From: an uncultured delta proteobacterium
GTDB lineage: Bacteria; Desulfobacterota; Binatia; UBA9968
Direction of reading: 5' to 3'
Assembly: GCA_963840855.1 (NCBI GenBank)
Contig: CAWJBB010000051.1
Span: forward strand, 1 to 64,000
DNA: 64,000 nt
Within the stretch, counting starts at the first letter, position 1. Every line of letters starts with the position of its first letter. A program made the position numbers and the translations under genes. Below are positions 53,935 to 64,000 of this stretch, in pieces. The notes beneath the pieces are model-generated. The model saw nothing but the letters and a program-made list of their open reading frames with translations, was not told the DNA's origin and did not search any database.

Positions 53935-54015
53935 ATGGAGAGTTTTACTGGGGCCGATCTACACAAACGAGTAACGCAGTTGGCAGTGTTGAGAGATGGG
54001 CATCCGAGGAGTCAA
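53935..54015 (+). pseudogene. IS110-family transposase N-terminal remnant
   Basis: RBS AAAGGAG then MESFTGADLHKRVTQLAVLRDG (GxDxHK first RuvC motif); similarity then ends. Confidence 0.65.
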
Positions 54016-54235
54016 AGTGATTTCAAAATTAGCCTATCTGGGTCCTCGCGCGTTCAGCGCGTGCGAAGCCTCGACAGCTGCGCCGCAGTGAAGTCGAGTG
54101 GCCGCCGTTCTCCAGTTGTTGATGGCTTAAAACAATGCGTTCCGACGCCGTGTACGACTTACACATTTTCTTACACATTCACACAATTGCGTAGAAATAT
54201 ATTCGAATAGTCAAATACTTATGAATATCAGAAGA

Positions 54236-54287
54236 GGACTCAAATCCGGTGGAGGCAACCCCGTGAGGGTTCAAGTCCCTCCTCCGG
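54236..54287 (+). pseudogene. 3' fragment of a tRNA-Leu (att-like remnant)
   Basis: GGACTCAAATCCGG anticodon arm, long variable arm, GAGGG-TTCAAGT-CCCTC T-arm; no D-arm or 5' acceptor strand. Confidence 0.75.
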
Positions 54288-54432
54288 ATTCACTACTTAG
54301 TGCCTTCGGATATACAATTCTCAGGCTGGTGCGCTTGCTCGCTTCCTGCCCTGTCAAGGCGCCCACTGCCTTTTTTTGGTGCTTCAGTTCTGCTATTTTT
54401 TAGTAAAGCTGCGATAAGCACGGACCATTTGA

Positions 54433-54753
54433 ATGATTTCCATCGACGACTTCAGAAAAATCGAACTCAGAGTCGCCACCATCAAGAGCGCTGAGCCCCA
54501 TCCCAATGCCGACAAGCTCTTGGTGCTGCAAATCGACCTCGGCGGCGAAGCGCGCCAAATTTGCGCTGGCATTCGCAATCACTACTCGGCGGAAGAGTTG
54601 GTCGGAAAGCAAATCGTAGTCGTGGCCAACCTCGAAACCGCAAAACTGCGCGGCCTCGACAGCCAGGGGATGCTGCTTGCCGCCTCCGACGAAGACCGCG
54701 TGATTATTTTGACCCCGGAAAAAAGCGTCCAGGCGGGAGCGAAGGTTTCCTAG
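54433..54753 (+). CDS. Stand-alone MetRS C-terminal / Trbp111-like tRNA-binding protein
   Basis: ISIDDFRKIELRV, HPNADKL, RQICAGI, NLETAKLRG..SQGMLL. Confidence 0.93.
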   Translation: MISIDDFRKIELRVATIKSAEPHPNADKLLVLQIDLGGEARQICAGIRNHYSAEELVGKQIVVVANLETAKLRGLDSQGMLLAASDEDRVIILTPEKSVQAGAKVS

Positions 54754-54904
54754 GCCTCACGATTTCTGTTCCAGGAATGGATGACGACACGCTGTCAGCT
54801 CAGCTGAACTGAATCCGAATTTTTAGCTGCGAAACTTTGAACCTTCAACCCGGAACCTTGAACAAAACTTGTTCCTGGTCCGAAGTCACGATGAGATACA
54901 TGTA

Positions 54905-56029
54905 ATGGTAAACTTTCCCAACGGCCGCCCGACAGTATGTTTCATCGATTTAGCTGCGCTGCGCTGGAACCTGCGCCAGGTCAAGGCTAAGGTCGGCTCT
55001 ACGGTGAAAATTCTCTCCATGGTCAAAGCCAACGCTTACGGCCACGGCGCGCCGGCGGTGGCCAAAGCCCTGGCGGATGAAGGCGGTTATGCCTTCGGCG
55101 TCGCCACGCTTGAGGAGGCCATCGAATTGCGCCAAGCTGGGATTGATCAGCCGATCCTCGTGGTCACGGGCGTTTATCTGGAACAACTGGGACAATTCAT
55201 CGAGCACCGGTTGACGCCGGTGGCCCATGACCTCGAAGCCGTGAAACTTCTCGATCGGGCGGCGCAGGGGCGCGGCGCGGCGTTGAACGTTCATATTAAA
55301 ATCGACACGGGTATGGGGAGGTTGGGATTCCTGGCCGCCGAGATCGATTCATGGTTGCCATCGTTGAAAAAGCTCAAAGCGCTCAAGATCGAAGGTGTCT
55401 TCTCGCATTTCTCCCGGGCGGAAACCGTCCAGGGCGATTATACCCAAAAGCAGTTGCGCATCTTTCAAGACGTCGTCGCGCGGCTTCGCTCTCAGGGGAT
55501 CGCGCCGCCGCTTGCGCATCTCGCCAACAGCGCCGCGACGATCACGCTGCCCGAAGCGTACTTCGATATGGTGCGCCCCGGGATAATGCTCTACGGTCCC
55601 TATCCGTCGCCAGCGATGATGAGCCAGATCGAGCTGAAACCGGTTCTGTCATGGAAAACTCGCATCACGCAACTCAAGAAAGTGCCTTGCGGCACGAGCA
55701 TTAGCTACGGGCAGACCTTCGTAACCCAGCGCGAAAGTTCTATCGCGACGCTGCCCGTCGGCTACGCCGACGGCTATCAGCGGCTGTTGTCAAACCGCGG
55801 CGAAGTTTTAGTCAAAGGCAATCGAGCGCCGGTGGCCGGCACAGTGTGCATGGATTTGACTATGGTCGATGTTACCGATATAGCAGGCGTGCAACCGGGA
55901 GATGAGGTTGTTCTGCTCGGCCGTCAAGGCGATCAGGAAATCACCGCCGACGAGCTGGCCGGCTGGACGAATACGATCTCGTACGAGATTCTCACTTCCA
56001 TCAGCGCGCGCGTTCCCCGCATATATTAA
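54905..56029 (+). CDS. alr: Alanine racemase
   Basis: VKANAYGHG, HIKIDTGMGR, VRPGIMLYG, GYADG, TISYEIL. Confidence 0.97.
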   Translation: MVNFPNGRPTVCFIDLAALRWNLRQVKAKVGSTVKILSMVKANAYGHGAPAVAKALADEGGYAFGVATLEEAIELRQAGIDQPILVVTGVYLEQLGQFIEHRLTPVAHDLEAVKLLDRAAQGRGAALNVHIKIDTGMGRLGFLAAEIDSWLPSLKKLKALKIEGVFSHFSRAETVQGDYTQKQLRIFQDVVARLRSQGIAPPLAHLANSAATITLPEAYFDMVRPGIMLYGPYPSPAMMSQIELKPVLSWKTRITQLKKVPCGTSISYGQTFVTQRESSIATLPVGYADGYQRLLSNRGEVLVKGNRAPVAGTVCMDLTMVDVTDIAGVQPGDEVVLLGRQGDQEITADELAGWTNTISYEILTSISARVPRIY

Positions 56030-56052
56030 AATGCCTAGGAGGATCACTGGCA

Positions 56053-57627
56053 GTGGGCAGGATTCAACGAGCCCTCATAAGCGTTTCCGATAAGAATGGC
56101 ATTGTCGAGTTTTCCCGTGCCCTCACTGAGTTGGACATTGAAATCATTTCCACGGGCGGCACGGCGTCGCTGCTGCGCGACAACAAAATCCCGGTCAAGG
56201 ATGTCTCGGAGCTGACCGGATTTCCCGAAATGATGGACGGCCGCGTCAAAACGCTGCACCCGAAGATTCACGGCGGCATTCTCGCTCTGCGGGACAATCC
56301 GGCGCATGTCGCCAATATGCAAGAGCATGGCATCGCCCCCATCGATCTGGTTGTCGTCAATCTCTATCCGTTCGAAGCGACCGTCGCCCGCGGTGCCGCC
56401 TTCGATGAAGTCGTCGAGAATATCGATATCGGCGGACCGACCATGGTGCGCGCCGCGGCGAAGAACCACCGCCACGTCGGCGTCGTCGTTGATTCGAAAG
56501 ACTACGACGCGATCATTGCCGAATTGAAGGAAAATCGCTGCTCTTTATCGGACGCCACGCGCCTTCGACTTTTCCGCAAGGCGTTCCAGCATACCGCGCA
56601 TTACGACGGCGCGATTTCAAATTATTTTTCGTCTTTAGACGAAACCGGGCAGCCCGTGCGCTGGGGCGGAACGGTCAACGTTCAAGTGACAAAACTCCAG
56701 GACATGCGCTATGGTGAAAACCCACACCAGAGCGCTGCCTTCTACGCTACCACGGGCGACACCGGCCCATCCATCGCACGCGCCAAGCAGTTCCAGGGCA
56801 AGGAATTATCCTTCAATAATATTCTCGACGCTGACGCAGCCTTGAGCACTGTGTTGGAATTTTCCGATATCGCGACCGTAGTCATCAAGCACAACAACCC
56901 CTGCGGCGTCGCGCTATCGAAAACCTCCCTCGCCGATTCCTTCCGCAAAGCCAAAGCCTGCGATCCGGTTTCCATTTTTGGCGGGGTCATCGCCTTCAAC
57001 CGCCCCGTCGATGAAGAAACGGCGCAAGAGTTAAAAGACATATTTCTCGAAATCGTCATAGCGCCAAGCTTCGCGCCGCAAGCTAAGACCGTGCTTGCGT
57101 CGGCCAAGCGGCTGCTCAACATCCGGCTCCTGGAATTGGACATGAACCAGACGCAGGGCGGCGGCTACGATGTGCGCCGGGTGCGCGGCGGAATGTTGAT
57201 GCAAGATTGGGACACGGGTTCAGTGGACGTGCGCGCCTGCAAAGTAGCCACCGAAAGAAAGCCGACGGAAGCGGAATATCAAGCTCTCGACTTCGCTTGG
57301 CGCGTCTGCCGCCACGTGAAGTCGAATACCATCGTTTTTGCCTCTCCCGATCAGGTGCTGGGCGTCGGCGCCGGCCAGATGAGCCGCATCGACTCGACCA
57401 AGATCGCCGTTTTGCGCGCCGCTACCCATGGCTTGGACCTCAAAGGTTCGGCGGTGGCGTCCGATGCCTTTTATCCCTTCCGCGACGGCCTGGACGAAGC
57501 GGCCAATGCCGGCGCCAAGTCGGTCATTCAGCCGGGCGGCTCAATCAAGGACGACGAAGTCATCGCCGCCGCCAACGAGCATGACATGGCGATGATTTTC
57601 ACCGGCATGAGGCATTTCAGACACTAG
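56053..57627 (+). CDS. purH: AICAR transformylase / IMP cyclohydrolase
   Basis: ALISVSDK, GRVKTLHP, RYGENPHQ, KHNNPCG, RHFRH. Confidence 0.98.
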   Translation: MGRIQRALISVSDKNGIVEFSRALTELDIEIISTGGTASLLRDNKIPVKDVSELTGFPEMMDGRVKTLHPKIHGGILALRDNPAHVANMQEHGIAPIDLVVVNLYPFEATVARGAAFDEVVENIDIGGPTMVRAAAKNHRHVGVVVDSKDYDAIIAELKENRCSLSDATRLRLFRKAFQHTAHYDGAISNYFSSLDETGQPVRWGGTVNVQVTKLQDMRYGENPHQSAAFYATTGDTGPSIARAKQFQGKELSFNNILDADAALSTVLEFSDIATVVIKHNNPCGVALSKTSLADSFRKAKACDPVSIFGGVIAFNRPVDEETAQELKDIFLEIVIAPSFAPQAKTVLASAKRLLNIRLLELDMNQTQGGGYDVRRVRGGMLMQDWDTGSVDVRACKVATERKPTEAEYQALDFAWRVCRHVKSNTIVFASPDQVLGVGAGQMSRIDSTKIAVLRAATHGLDLKGSAVASDAFYPFRDGLDEAANAGAKSVIQPGGSIKDDEVIAAANEHDMAMIFTGMRHFRH

Positions 57628-57711
57628 CCGAAGATAAACAATGGCGGATGGATGATGGCGATCCTCGATCTTCCATCCTCGATCCTCGACCCTGTTTTTT
57701 CGTGGTAAGTC

Positions 57712-58983
57712 ATGAAAGTCCTCGTCATCGGCGGCGGCGGGCGCGAGCATGCACTGGTTTGGAAAATCAGCCAGAGCCCGAAAATCAAAAAACTCTATTG
57801 CGCCCCGGGCAGCGCCGCCATCGGTGAATTTGCCGAGCTTGTCGCCATCGGACCCGAGCAGATCGACAGACTTGCCGACTTCGCCGCCAAGGAAAAAATC
57901 GACCTCACCGTCGTCGGACCAGAGTTGCCGCTTACTCTCGGCATCACCGATTTATTTGAGGAACGCGGGCTACGCATCTTCGGCCCGAACCGCGAAGCCG
58001 CGCAACTGGAAGGCAGCAAAGCGTTCGCCAAAGAAATTCTCCGGGACAACGGTATTCCAACCGCCGCTTTCGGTACCTTCACGGATGCGGCATTGGCAAA
58101 GCATTTTATCGCCGAGCAAAAGACTCCCATCGTCGTCAAAGCCGACGGCCTTGCGGCTGGCAAAGGCGTTTTGATCTGCGCCACGCGGGCTGAGGCAGAT
58201 GCCGCCGTCGATGGGATTCTCTTGGGTAAAGCCTTTGGCCCCGCCGGGGAAAAAGTGGTCATAGAGGAATTTCTCGACGGCGAAGAAGCGTCTTTTATGG
58301 TCCTGACCGATGGCGACCACATCCTTCCGCTAGCCTCGTCCCAGGACCACAAGCGCGTCTTCGACAACGACGAAGGTCCAAACACCGGCGGCATGGGCGC
58401 CTACTCGCCGGCGCCCGTGGTAACACCCGAAGTGCATCGCCGGATATTGCATGAGATACTCGCCCCGCTGCTCGCCGGTCTGAGAAAGAAAAACATTCGC
58501 TATCGCGGGGTGATTTACGTCGGCTTGATGATTACTCAAGACGGCCCGACGGTTCTGGAATTTAACGCGCGCTTCGGCGACCCCGAATGCCAGCCGATCA
58601 TGATGCGCTTGCAGAGCGATCTCGTGGAGCTTATGGAAGCGGCGATCGACGGCAGGCTCAATGAAGCCCAGGCCCGGTGGCACGACGATGCCGCGGTCTG
58701 CGTGGTCCTCGCCGCCGCCGGCTATCCCGGCGCGTACGACAAAGGCAAAGAAATTCTCGGTCTGGAGAGATTGCGGGACTGGTCCAATGGCTTCGTCTTT
58801 CACGCCGGGACAACGAAAGACAAAGGCCGCTGGCTGACTTCGGGCGGGCGCGTATTGGGAGTCACGGCGCAAGGAAAAAGCGTCGCCGACGCGGTGCGCG
58901 AAGTTTATCGCGCGGTGCGTGAAATTTCTTGGAACGGTATGCACTATCGCAAAGATATCGCGCGCAGAGCGCTAGCATCATAA
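57712..58983 (+). CDS. purD: Phosphoribosylamine-glycine ligase
   Basis: GGGGREHAL, KADGLAAGKGV, GPNTGGMGAY, EFNARFGDPE. Confidence 0.98.
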   Translation: MKVLVIGGGGREHALVWKISQSPKIKKLYCAPGSAAIGEFAELVAIGPEQIDRLADFAAKEKIDLTVVGPELPLTLGITDLFEERGLRIFGPNREAAQLEGSKAFAKEILRDNGIPTAAFGTFTDAALAKHFIAEQKTPIVVKADGLAAGKGVLICATRAEADAAVDGILLGKAFGPAGEKVVIEEFLDGEEASFMVLTDGDHILPLASSQDHKRVFDNDEGPNTGGMGAYSPAPVVTPEVHRRILHEILAPLLAGLRKKNIRYRGVIYVGLMITQDGPTVLEFNARFGDPECQPIMMRLQSDLVELMEAAIDGRLNEAQARWHDDAAVCVVLAAAGYPGAYDKGKEILGLERLRDWSNGFVFHAGTTKDKGRWLTSGGRVLGVTAQGKSVADAVREVYRAVREISWNGMHYRKDIARRALAS

Positions 58984-59002
58984 ATCTCCTCGGTGTCGAA
59001 TC

Positions 59003-59659
59003 TTGGCCAACCACAGCCCTCAAAATCGAACCGTTCTAGAGACAACGGACACACGCATCGCTCCGGCCGTTGCCGCCCTCAAGCGCGGCGAGGTCATCGT
59101 CTATCCCACCGAAACCCTCTACGGCCTGGGCGCCGACGCGCTAAACGTCGCCGCCGTGGAAAAAGTCTTTCGACTCAAAGGCCGCAACCGCGATAACCCC
59201 ATTCCCGTACTCGTCGCCGACCGCGAGATGCTAACAGCGCTGGTCGCCGACGTTCCAGCGCTCGCGGAAAAGTTGATAGCGAGCTTCTGGCCCGGCCCGT
59301 TGACTTTGGTATTACCGGCGCGAAAAGATGTTTCTCCACCGCTTTTGAATTCCTCCGGCGGTATCGGCGTGCGTATTTCCAGTGAACCCGTCGCCACCGG
59401 GCTCGTTCGCGCCCTCGGACATCCTTTGACCTCCACCAGCGCGAACCCCTCGGGACAGCCTCCGGCGCGCACCGTAGAGCAGGCAAAAAACTACTTCGCC
59501 GAGGCCATCGACCTGTTTATCGACGCGGGGAAATTGATCTCAAGGACCGGTTCCACGGTCGTTGAAATCAGGGCAAACGCCATCAACATCATCCGCGAGG
59601 GCGAGATCGGCAAGTCCGAGCTTCAACGTGCCGTCGGAGAAAGCGAGGTAGTTCGATGA
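59003..59659 (+). CDS. tsaC: Threonylcarbamoyl-AMP synthase (YrdC/Sua5)
   Basis: YPTETLYGL, LKGR, FWPGPLT, STSAN. Confidence 0.93.
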   Translation: MANHSPQNRTVLETTDTRIAPAVAALKRGEVIVYPTETLYGLGADALNVAAVEKVFRLKGRNRDNPIPVLVADREMLTALVADVPALAEKLIASFWPGPLTLVLPARKDVSPPLLNSSGGIGVRISSEPVATGLVRALGHPLTSTSANPSGQPPARTVEQAKNYFAEAIDLFIDAGKLISRTGSTVVEIRANAINIIREGEIGKSELQRAVGESEVVR

Positions 59660-59874
59660 AACGAAGGGCATCAATGCTCCTGCTGCTCGTGGCCGGCTTA
59701 TTGCCGCACACCGGCTGCGATTCGAAGACTGACACCGTAACCCAGGGCAGAGAAGCGGTCAAAGAGGTTGTCACCCAGCCGCTCAATACCCTGGACACCG
59801 CCAAGGAATCGCTCAAACAGAGCGAGGACAAGAGCAAAGCTGCGCTCGAAGAAGTGAACAAAACACTCAAGTAG
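59656..59874 (+). CDS. Small lipoprotein-like protein
   Basis: Basic plus hydrophobic signal ending TGC; ATGA overlap with tsaC. Confidence 0.65.
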   Translation: MKRRASMLLLLVAGLLPHTGCDSKTDTVTQGREAVKEVVTQPLNTLDTAKESLKQSEDKSKAALEEVNKTLK

Positions 59875-60424
59875 CCGGAGTTTCCTTGACGCGTTGGCGC
59901 GCTGACTTGAGGATACGGTCGACCTGCCCGCCGTCTTCGCCGTCGTAATAGTTCACATTCCGATCCCGCGCGTAGAGCGCGCGAAAGCCGGATTGCGGGC
60001 GGCCCGCGCTGGTTGCGTAGGCGCCGATCTTATTGGAATCAGGATATTCGGAAATATCCGGATACGCCATCGTGCTGACGACGAGATAGCGCAGTTCCCG
60101 GGAGCCCGTATTGATAAGCTGATGGGGAAAATCACCGGGCGGGCAAGCGATGACGGTATCCGCCGACACCGCCAGCTCGTCCTTGCCGAGGCGCAGCATA
60201 CCGTCGCCCTCGATAATGTAAATCATCTCCTCGTTACCCACGTGGTTGTGGTAGGGAAAGGCGGTCTTTCCCGGCGCAACGATAAAAAAACTGTAGCCCA
60301 GTTTTTGCGCGCCGATCTGCGCGCCCACGCGCTGGCGCGAGCCGCTAAAAACCGATCCCTCCGGCGCGGTGATCCGATCGACGGGAACTTCGGATAAATG
60401 GACGACATGTTTGTGTTTTGCCAT
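59867..60424 (-). CDS. Cupin-domain protein
   Basis: PYHNHVGNEE, PHQLIN, YPDSNK. Confidence 0.9.
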   Translation of the reverse strand: MAKHKHVVHLSEVPVDRITAPEGSVFSGSRQRVGAQIGAQKLGYSFFIVAPGKTAFPYHNHVGNEEMIYIIEGDGMLRLGKDELAVSADTVIACPPGDFPHQLINTGSRELRYLVVSTMAYPDISEYPDSNKIGAYATSAGRPQSGFRALYARDRNVNYYDGEDGGQVDRILKSARQRVKETPAT

Positions 60425-60494
60425 AACGCCTCCTGCCTGGCTCGACCACAACACGCTATCATTTGCCGGCGTCTTCATGCTATCAGAAAGACTG

Positions 60495-61473
60495 ATGCTC
60501 GTCCTCTCCGAGAAACAAGTTCAAAGCCTAATCGACATCGAAGAACTTATCGCCGCGCTGGCGCGGGCCCATGTTCAATACTCGACGGGCAAGGCGGTCA
60601 TGCCCGTGCGGCTGGTGGCGCCGCTGCCGCCGATCGACGGGCGCATCACCAGCATGCCGGGCTATCTGAACGATGACAAAGCGCTGGGCATGAAAGTTGT
60701 CACCTACTTTCAGAAAAACCCGCAGCGAAACCTGCCGGCGATTCTCGCCACGATCATGCTCTTCAGCGCGGAGACCGGCAAAATGATCGCGGCGATGGAC
60801 GGCACGTACATCACGACGATTCGCACCGCCTGCGCTTCGGCGCTGGCGACCCGGGCGCTGGCAAATCCGGAAACGCCGGTGCTGGGTATTCTTGGCGCCG
60901 GAGTTCAGGCGCGGTCTCATATTCTCGCTTTATCCAGCGTTAGAAAATTGCAGCGGATCAAGATCTTCAGCCCATCGGGCTCCAGCGCTCGTGCGGTCAA
61001 GAAAGATTTAGCAGTGGAAATCGGAGTCCCGATTGAAGTCACCCAGTGCGCCGAGGACAGCGTGCGCGATGCCGATCTCCTGGTCACAGCGACCACGGCG
61101 AAGGCTCCGATTGTGAAATCTGACTGGTTGAAACCCGGCGTCCATATCAACGCCGTCGGCTCGCACCGCCCCGACCTGAGAGAAATCGACGGCGGGACCC
61201 TGTCATGCTCGAAGGTCGTCGTCGATTCCCGGGAAGCGATTATGGCCGAGTGCGGCGATATTTTGCTCGCGCTCAAAGAAAAATCCGTGAGGGAGAGCGT
61301 CATTCACGCCGAGATCGGCGAGGTCTTGGCGGGAACCAAAAACGGCAGAACCAGCGCCGAAGAGATTACGCTCTACAAATCCGTCGGCATAGCGATCCAA
61401 GACGTCGCCACGGCGCATCTCGTTTATCACAAAGCATTGGAGATCGAAAGTTGGCATCAATGTTGAGATTTAG
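60495..61473 (+). CDS. Ornithine cyclodeaminase / mu-crystallin family; indel near the 3' end
   Basis: IRTACAS, GAGVQA, HINAVGS, KSVGIAIQD. Confidence 0.92.
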
Positions 61474-61525
61474 GAAAGCGTGAAGTTGATTTCTGATCGA
61501 TTCTGGTCCAGCGTTAACTCGATCC

Positions 61526-61568
61526 AAGGAACGCGGAACCTGAAACTAGAAACGTGAAACCAGAAACT
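61526..61568 (+). repeat. Degenerate heptamer tandem repeat (xxGAAAC)
   Basis: GGAAC GCGGAAC CTGAAAC TAGAAAC GTGAAAC CAGAAAC; related arrays at about 38-57, 54832-54863 and 57640-57692. Confidence 0.7.
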
Positions 61569-61571
61569 ACC

Positions 61572-63380
61572 ATGACTACGACCTGGGACCTCACAAGCTA
61601 TTTTCCCGAATTTAACGGCCCGGAGATGCTCCAGTTCAAGGAAGCGCTCCGCCACGACATCGCGTCGCTCAGAGACAAAGCGTCTTTGCTCCCGATTTTG
61701 ACCGAAGCCAGTCTGGCGGCCTGGGAAGAAGTCCTGGCCCGCGGCGAAGACTTGACCCGCCGCATGTCACACTTGAGCTCCTATATCAGCTGTCTCGCCT
61801 CCTCCGACGCGCGCAACGAAGATTATCTGAAAGAAGAAGCGGCGCTGGCGCTCCTGCGGGCGGAATTCGCCAAAGTGCGCATCGAATACTTGCGCGCCTT
61901 CAAGGGCGCCACCGACGCCGTCTTCGCTCAGTTTCTCGCCCGTCCTTATTTGGCCGGTGCAGAAAATTATCTGACCCGGCTGCGCGAGGAAGCACACCGC
62001 GCCATGACCGCGGAGAAGGAGATCCTCGCCACCGACCTCGGCGTGGACGGCATTCAATCCTGGGGGCGGCTCTACGATCGCGTATCGGCGAAGCTTGAAT
62101 TCGAAATGACTTTTCCTGACGGGCGGCGCGAGCGCTTGCCCATGTCCCAGCGCCGCTCGCTCATGGATCATCCCGACCGGCGCGTAAGATGCGCGGCATT
62201 CGAAGCAGGCAATGCAGCGTGGCGGAGGGTTGAAGATATCGCTGCCGCCGCGCTTAACGCCATCGCCGGCACTCGATTTACGCTCAACCGTCACCGTGGC
62301 GTCGATCATTTCCTCGACATCGCCTTGTTTCAATCGGCGGTCTCGCGCAAAACCCTTGACGCCATGTTCGCGGCGCTGTTTGCCAATCTGGAAATGCCGC
62401 GCCGGATTCTCCGGCTCAAAGCCAAACTGATGGGGCGTTCCGGTGTCGCCTGGTTCGACCTCGGCGCGCCCCTTGATTTGCCCGACCAGGAAAAACTCTC
62501 CTGGGAGAAGGCGCGCAGGTTGGTAAGAGAATCCTTCCAGCGCGCCTACCCGGCCCTGGGCGATTTCTTCGAGCGGCATGTTCTCGCCAAAAACTGGATC
62601 GACTGGGCGCCCCGCCCCGGCAAACGGCCCGGCGGATTTTGCACGAGTTCCATGCTCAGCAAAGAGTCGCGCATCTTCATGACCTATAATGAATCCCTCG
62701 GCGACGTGCTCACCTTGGCCCATGAATCGGGACACGCCTTTCACGGCCATCAGATGGGTGACGTGCGCCCTTACGCCCGTGGCTACCCGATGACCTTGGC
62801 GGAAACCGCCTCGACATTTGGCGAACAGGTTTTTATGAACGGCTTGCTCGACGACCCGGCGATCAGCGACGAGCAGAAAGCGATGATCCTCGACATCGAT
62901 GCGGGTCACGGCGCCGTTTATCTGCTGGATATCCCGGTGCGCTACGAGTTCGAGAAAGCTTTTTACGAAGAACGGCAAAACGGCGAGCTAAGCGTGAGCC
63001 GCCTAAAAGAATTAATGATCGAGACTCAATGTCGCGTGCTCGGCGAGGTGCTCGAGCCGGGCGGCGAAGACCCCTACTTTTGGGCGTCGAAGCTGCACTT
63101 TTACATTACCGGCCTGACTTTTTATAACTTCCCGTACACTTTCGGCTACCTGTTGAGCCGCGGTCTCTACGCCATGTTCAAAAAGGAAGGCGCCGCTTTC
63201 CTGCCCAAGTATGAAGACCTGCTCCGCCTCGCCGGCAGCGACACCTCGGAAAACGTAGTCAAGCGCGCGGTGGACTGCGATATCGAAGCGACTGAATTTT
63301 GGACTGAGGCGATTCAAAGTTTAGAACAACCGCTGAATCACTTGGAAGGTTTGTTGCCGAAGGTTTTTCCGAATTCGTGA
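61572..63380 (+). CDS. M3 oligoendopeptidase F family
   Basis: TWDL, GKRPGGFC, AHESGHAFH, AETAS, FYNFPYTFG. Confidence 0.94.
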   Translation: MTTTWDLTSYFPEFNGPEMLQFKEALRHDIASLRDKASLLPILTEASLAAWEEVLARGEDLTRRMSHLSSYISCLASSDARNEDYLKEEAALALLRAEFAKVRIEYLRAFKGATDAVFAQFLARPYLAGAENYLTRLREEAHRAMTAEKEILATDLGVDGIQSWGRLYDRVSAKLEFEMTFPDGRRERLPMSQRRSLMDHPDRRVRCAAFEAGNAAWRRVEDIAAAALNAIAGTRFTLNRHRGVDHFLDIALFQSAVSRKTLDAMFAALFANLEMPRRILRLKAKLMGRSGVAWFDLGAPLDLPDQEKLSWEKARRLVRESFQRAYPALGDFFERHVLAKNWIDWAPRPGKRPGGFCTSSMLSKESRIFMTYNESLGDVLTLAHESGHAFHGHQMGDVRPYARGYPMTLAETASTFGEQVFMNGLLDDPAISDEQKAMILDIDAGHGAVYLLDIPVRYEFEKAFYEERQNGELSVSRLKELMIETQCRVLGEVLEPGGEDPYFWASKLHFYITGLTFYNFPYTFGYLLSRGLYAMFKKEGAAFLPKYEDLLRLAGSDTSENVVKRAVDCDIEATEFWTEAIQSLEQPLNHLEGLLPKVFPNS

Positions 63381-63399
63381 ATTACTTCACTCGTCCGCA

Positions 63400-64000
63400 A
63401 TGAACCGTCTCAGGAAACAAATCGGGCAGTTATTTTTGGTCGGGGTTCAAAGCGAAACGCTCACACCCCACGAGCGGCTGCTCTTCGAAGAGTATGCGTT
63501 CGGCGGATTCATTCTCTTCAAACGCAACTGCCACGAGGCCGGTCAGGTGGTTTCATTATGTCGCGCCCTTGGGGAGATGGCCGGCGAAACACCGCCCTTC
63601 ATCGCCATCGACCAGGAAGGCGGCCGCGTGCACCGCTTGCCGCCGCCTTTCACCCATTTTCCGCCGGCCGCGCGTATCGGTGAGACCAACGATCTTGACC
63701 TCGCTTACCGCGCGGGGCGCGCCACCGCCGCGGAATTGACTCTGGCGGGAATCAATCTCAATTTTGCTCCCGTCCTGGACGTAAATTCTAATTCGCAAAA
63801 CCCCATCATCGGCGACCGCGCCTTTGGCGCTGAACCGAAGGCGGTAATGATGATGGGATGGTCATGGGCTCAAGGGCTCCGAGACGGAGGCGTTATTCCC
63901 TGTGGAAAACACTTTCCCGGCCATGGCGCCTCCGACAAAGACTCGCACTTCGATCTACCCTTGGTCGCGAAATCAATAGACGAACTGAAAGCCACCGAGC
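63400..64000 (+). CDS. nagZ: Beta-N-acetylhexosaminidase; runs off the window
   Basis: IGQLF, GFILFKRN, IDQEGGRV, APVLD, KHFPGHG..DSH. Confidence 0.93.
   Translation, partial: MNRLRKQIGQLFLVGVQSETLTPHERLLFEEYAFGGFILFKRNCHEAGQVVSLCRALGEMAGETPPFIAIDQEGGRVHRLPPPFTHFPPAARIGETNDLDLAYRAGRATAAELTLAGINLNFAPVLDVNSNSQNPIIGDRAFGAEPKAVMMMGWSWAQGLRDGGVIPCGKHFPGHGASDKDSHFDLPLVAKSIDELKATE

Noticed and set aside
61767-62978. 403-aa antisense ORF, and many similar ORFs opposite katG, purD and purH
   Set aside because: Stop-poor antisense frames typical of GC-rich genes; no recognisable motifs

Overview
64-kb bacterial chromosomal window. Gene content suggests a deltaproteobacterium-like organism such as Binatia, but this is inference. 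Single-base indels break many otherwise intact genes, so it is probably an unpolished long-read assembly. Left to right: tmk-holB-metG-tatD; two type IV minor-pilin cassettes, one with pilY1 and a sigma54-type promoter and one with a long PilX and a sigma70-type promoter; pilD; an ~18.5-kb Wzm/Wzt surface-glycan locus that includes an unusual methyltransferase / nucleotidyltransferase / phosphodiesterase-GT2 module; and a 7.2-kb integrated satellite-like element in tRNA-Ala(CGC) bounded by 49-bp att repeats. Further right: galU-dksA, an IS21-family element with a 6-bp TSD, a Fur/PerR-katG islet ending in an IS110 remnant and a tRNA-Leu fragment, then alr-purH-purD-tsaC, a cupin, an OCD-like gene, an M3 peptidase and nagZ. 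The most striking observation is that the element's integrase appears to start inside the antisense tRNA-derived att core. When integrated, the int body sits behind a terminator with no RBS, while the RBS at the other end reads into a TAG placed exactly after the core. Excision would fuse the two into a complete gene, making a recombination-controlled integrase switch.
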